From NCBI RefSeq assembly GCF_037042905.1, contig NC_087250.1:14882001-14946000 (forward strand): a stretch of 64,000 bases of DNA, written 5' to 3'. This stretch comes from Lytechinus pictus. Its lineage: Eukaryota. Made by a program: the position numbers and the translations under genes. Positions 60,601-64,000 of the stretch are shown piece after piece (position 1 is the stretch's first letter; each line of letters begins with the position of its first letter). The notes beneath the pieces were generated by a model. It worked only from the letters and a program-made list of their open reading frames with translations. It was not told where the DNA came from and did no database searches.

Positions 60601-63319
60601 CTATGATGTCACAGATGAACAACTCTCCCCTTTTGGACACTGAAAATATACCCCAAAACATCTCTTTTTGCTCATTCTAATCATATGACAAAATGATTCA
60701 TCAATGATATAATGTTGTGAAACCTCTGTACTTGTCCTCTCATAAAGAGAACACCTCACCTTGTGATAGACTCTATAAAAGTGAGAATATAAGTGAAATA
60801 AGTACTAAAGTAATGAGGGAGTTGTACGTGTGTGACATCACAGATCTTGGTCGCATTGCCAATGGGAGGATCTACATGGCATTAGTGATCTCGACATTCA
60901 AATGCTCATAACTTTCTTATTATTCATTCAATCTTCCTCAAACTTTCAACAATATGTTTCTTTGATTTTTCTCTTTGATATGGATTCAGCTGGTTTCAAG
61001 GGTTTCATTCTCCTTTAACAAAACGGCATTGTATTATAAATTCAAAATTGTAAAAACATTTTCTACTTTTTAAAACTGAATTTTGAAACATTTATAAACA
61101 AACCTTTTTTGTGTGATCTTCCTTTCTTTTATTGACTCTTATTTGGTATCAATACAAGGTTGTTCTAATATTATGCAATCATACAATGAAATGCAAAAAT
61201 CTTGATAATTAGTTTTCTCTATAATATTTGTTTAGCGAAGCCAACGAAAGGCTATGATTCTTGGGTAGCATCAAGAATTAATTAAAGATAATTAAAGATA
61301 TAAGGGCACTTACCGGGCAAAAAATAATTTTTCTAAATTTTTTGGGGGGGCTATTTTTCACAACTTAATGCCTAATCCTGCCACATTGGATAAGCTTTAA
61401 TACTGCAATGAATGGAGATTTTCCATGGCTCTTTTTGAGCATTTTAGGGGCAACATCGCCCCGAGCCTCAGAGTAGTTTTTTCTTCCCGAGCACTTACCC
61501 TCAGCTTTCTTCTTTTCTATCCTCTTTTCTCTTGGGACATAAGTTCCCTGGATCTTGGCGATTGCATCCGACTTCGTCTTGGAGTATTGTATCCTCTGTA
61601 ATAAAAAAATAACAAAATGGATCAGTCTTTTCATTCTAGAAAATATGCATGGATGCTGGTGTAAGTGGACATGATGATAGATGTGATATAATATAATAAT
61701 AATATTCCTCATTTATATAGCGCTTAATACATCAGAACGACGTCTCTAAGCGCTTTACAGACATATTATTACCCCGGTCATCGGATCCTTGCATGCCCGC
61801 ATACAATGTATGCACCTTCTCCACTCCCTGGGGAGCATTCCAACAAGAGTTCCAAGACTCAATTGCTAGGCATACTACATATAGGCTTTCACATCCTACC
61901 GGGTACCCATTTAACACCTGGGTGGAGAGTGGCAAAGTGTGGATTAACGCCTTGCCAAAGGACGCTAGGCCATGGTGGGATTCGAACACACGACCCTCTG
62001 ATTACAAGGCGAGAGTCAGAACCGCTACACCACGACGCTTCCATCATCAAGAAATTTACCCACATTGTGCTGCACTCAACCCAGCTGAGATGAATAGGTA
62101 CCTGACTACCTGGTAGGAAAAAAATCCTCAAATGTGTGAGTGCCTGTAGGCAGCACGGCCAAAGCCAGAGTAACAATAACATTTTGGAATCCACAGTTGA
62201 GTATATACTGTACATTGTGCAATACAATGAATTATTATGATTATTTTCAACAAACAACTTTTAATCAATGCTCGTATCCACTCTGCACAGAGCTTGAGGC
62301 AGCAATCATCACATAGAGAGTATTATTTGGACCAATCTCCAAAAAGTACTAAACTTTATGTAACAAGGGCTTATATAGTCAATTCAAATTCTGTGAAAAA
62401 AACTTGACATTGTATTTCAAAATTGTTGAGGGTCATTCAAATAAGTTGAATAATAAATTTAGTGTTCCAACGGTCCCCTTGACACAAAAGTTAGTGATTG
62501 ACCATGGGGCTGAGTTAGTTCTACGATTGGTTGCATTCATTACAGAGTATGATCAACCATATAAATCATTTCTATAATCAATTATAAGCTTTTTGTTAAT
62601 AGGGACCTTAGCCTTTGTCTTGGGGTGCTTTGAAAGAAAATATTGACAGTCAATTGCAAATTTATATTGCAATTTTACATTTGATTGATCAAATTTAGCA
62701 GTAGGAAAATCAGATTAGAATCCTTGTAAGATGTTGGATAAGCACATCAGGGCATAAAAGTTACTATTACAGTAACTTTGCCATCCAATAATAACTACCA
62801 TGGTAACTCTGATCACCAACCAAACAAATCAAAATTAAGGATTCTAGACAAGTTACCATTGGATGGCAAAGAACACTTATGCAACGGGGTCCAGAGCCCC
62901 GTAACACAGAGATTAGTGGCTAATTTGAAAGATCAATATTGATCCTTGTCAGTCTACTGAGCAAAATGCACATGCAACAATGATCTTGATAGGTCATTTC
63001 ATTTAATAGCTATTAATCGCTAACCGTTGTGTTACAATCAATAGCAAATTTGCAATTAATTGCAAGACATGTTCGAATGTTGGACCCCACAGTAGATTTG
63101 CGATTGATTGTAAAATTCCTTGTATGTAAGGCCCCCCAAATCTTACCATGGGTTTATCGTAGAAAGGAAAGCCCTGCATGGACCGCAGTGCGCTGGTAGC
63201 CGACATGATGTCTTTGAAGATTACAAAAGCTTGACCTCGCATCTTGAGGGTCTTCAACGCTACGATGTCCAAGATCTGACCAAACTGGGAGAAGATGGCA
63301 TACAGCGACTTCTTGAGTT
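57516..63319 (-). CDS. SNRPA: U1A/U2B''/SNF family snRNP protein (SNF-type, two RRMs); first exon outside the window
   Basis: complement(join(57516-57675,58993-59080,60213-60386,61499-61595,63147-63319)); RRM1 [58 protein letters not shown]2 [40 protein letters not shown]. Confidence 0.95.
58993..59080 (-). CDS. SNRPA: U1A/SNF exon (start of RRM2)
   Basis: [37 protein letters not shown]. Confidence 0.93.
59255..60040. mobile_element. Fold-back (palindromic) Kolobok/T2-like MITE
   Basis: TTAA|AGGAGAATGAAACC...GGTTTCATTCTCCT|TTAA; about 385-bp arms nearly perfectly complementary around 59638-59653. Confidence 0.88.
60213..60386 (-). CDS. SNRPA: U1A/SNF Pro-rich linker exon (174 nt, phase 1-1)
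   Basis: [66 protein letters not shown]. Confidence 0.88.
60430..61014. mobile_element. Kolobok/T2-like MITE, same family as 59255-60040
   Basis: aggagaatgaaac / gtttcattctcct ends; right 390 bp nearly identical to the right arm of the fold-back copy. Confidence 0.85.
61499..61595 (-). CDS. SNRPA: U1A/SNF exon (end of RRM1, helix C)
   Basis: [40 protein letters not shown]. Confidence 0.93.
61695..62043 (-). mobile_element. Full-length tRNA-derived SINE
   Basis: Near-identical to 44050-44398. Confidence 0.85.
63147..63319 (-). CDS. SNRPA: U1A/SNF RRM1 core exon
   Basis: [64 protein letters not shown]. Confidence 0.95.
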
Positions 63320-64000
63320 CTGTGATGGTGAGAATGGAGACATATCGATGGCAATAGGTAAATTCAGATCACATAGTTCGTGCTGTATTATAAACTGCCA
63401 AACAGGGTTTTAGCTTGAGTTCATCTACTAGCAAGTCTTTCTTAGTAGGGATGTCAACCTGAAAATTCATATCTAATTCAGATGTTGAAGATGGCCAGTG
63501 AAAACAAAAGGCCTTTGCAATTGATTTAAAATAACACTAAGAATATGGTCAAATTCTGACCAGTGGTTGCCGAGATACAGCAATTCAAATTTCCAGAAAA
63601 GGGCAATTTTCTGGCGCCAATGCAGTTTCTCACCGGCCGATACCACTACCAGTATACCTCACCACCAATATATGTCATGACAAGTCTCTCACTCTTAAAA
63701 TCTAAGTCACATTACGAGGCGAGGTCAACATAATATACCCATCATTTTTCCACATATTGCGATCGGGAATGGCTGTATTTCGGCTTCGAGTTCCGTGTCG
63801 ACGTCATCGTTCGAATTCTCAGTCAGACATAGCTTCACTTGGATTCACCATGCGCCATAATGTTGATACGGGCTGAGGTTAGCGACCAAATCATTCAAAC
63901 GAACTACCGCTGGCATGGGAATCTTTTTTAGTTTTGGTCGCTAATTTTCAGTCCATATCAACATTACGGAGAGCTAGAGCGGCGAAGCAATGTCTGATTC

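Noticed and set aside
62217..62223. Another minus-strand ATTGCAC in a U1A/SNF intron
   Set aside because: Motif would be partly buried in a CAUUGU/ACAAUG stem with no C-G closing pair; compatible with chance.
63560..64000. GC-richer stretch at the window end as possible first exon of U1A/SNF
   Set aside because: I could not find the expected N-terminal TIYINNLNEKIKK-type coding sequence; the exon probably lies beyond the window.

Overview
AT-rich, intron-rich metazoan DNA. The repeat types and gene style suggest an echinoderm, probably a sea urchin (inference). Four protein-coding loci are supported: (1) the 3' end of a rhodopsin-class GPCR (+, 1-318); (2) a complete 7-coding-exon SAP30BP/HCNGP (+, 18718-24103, 395 aa); (3) a complete 10-coding-exon WDR4/TRM82 (-, 45701-29712, 465 aa); (4) the last five exons of an SNF-type U1A/U2B'' gene (-, 63319-57516). 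I checked splice sites and reading phase by hand for all exon chains. The rest is dense, nested transposon material: two truncated non-LTR retrotransposons; hAT-, Harbinger-, piggyBac- and Kolobok/T2-like MITEs, many with target-site duplications; three near-identical Helentron-type (HINE/DINE-like) elements; tRNA-derived SINEs; and mini/microsatellites. Three observations stand out. Two U1A-binding-like RNA elements lie downstream of the U1A/SNF stop codon (a PIE-like double box upstream of AUUAAA, and a U1-SLII-like hairpin), suggesting autoregulation. A minimal hammerhead-ribozyme motif sits in a Penelope-like inverted repeat, sense to the WDR4 pre-mRNA. A fold-back MITE pair brackets the frame-symmetric linker exon of SNF.
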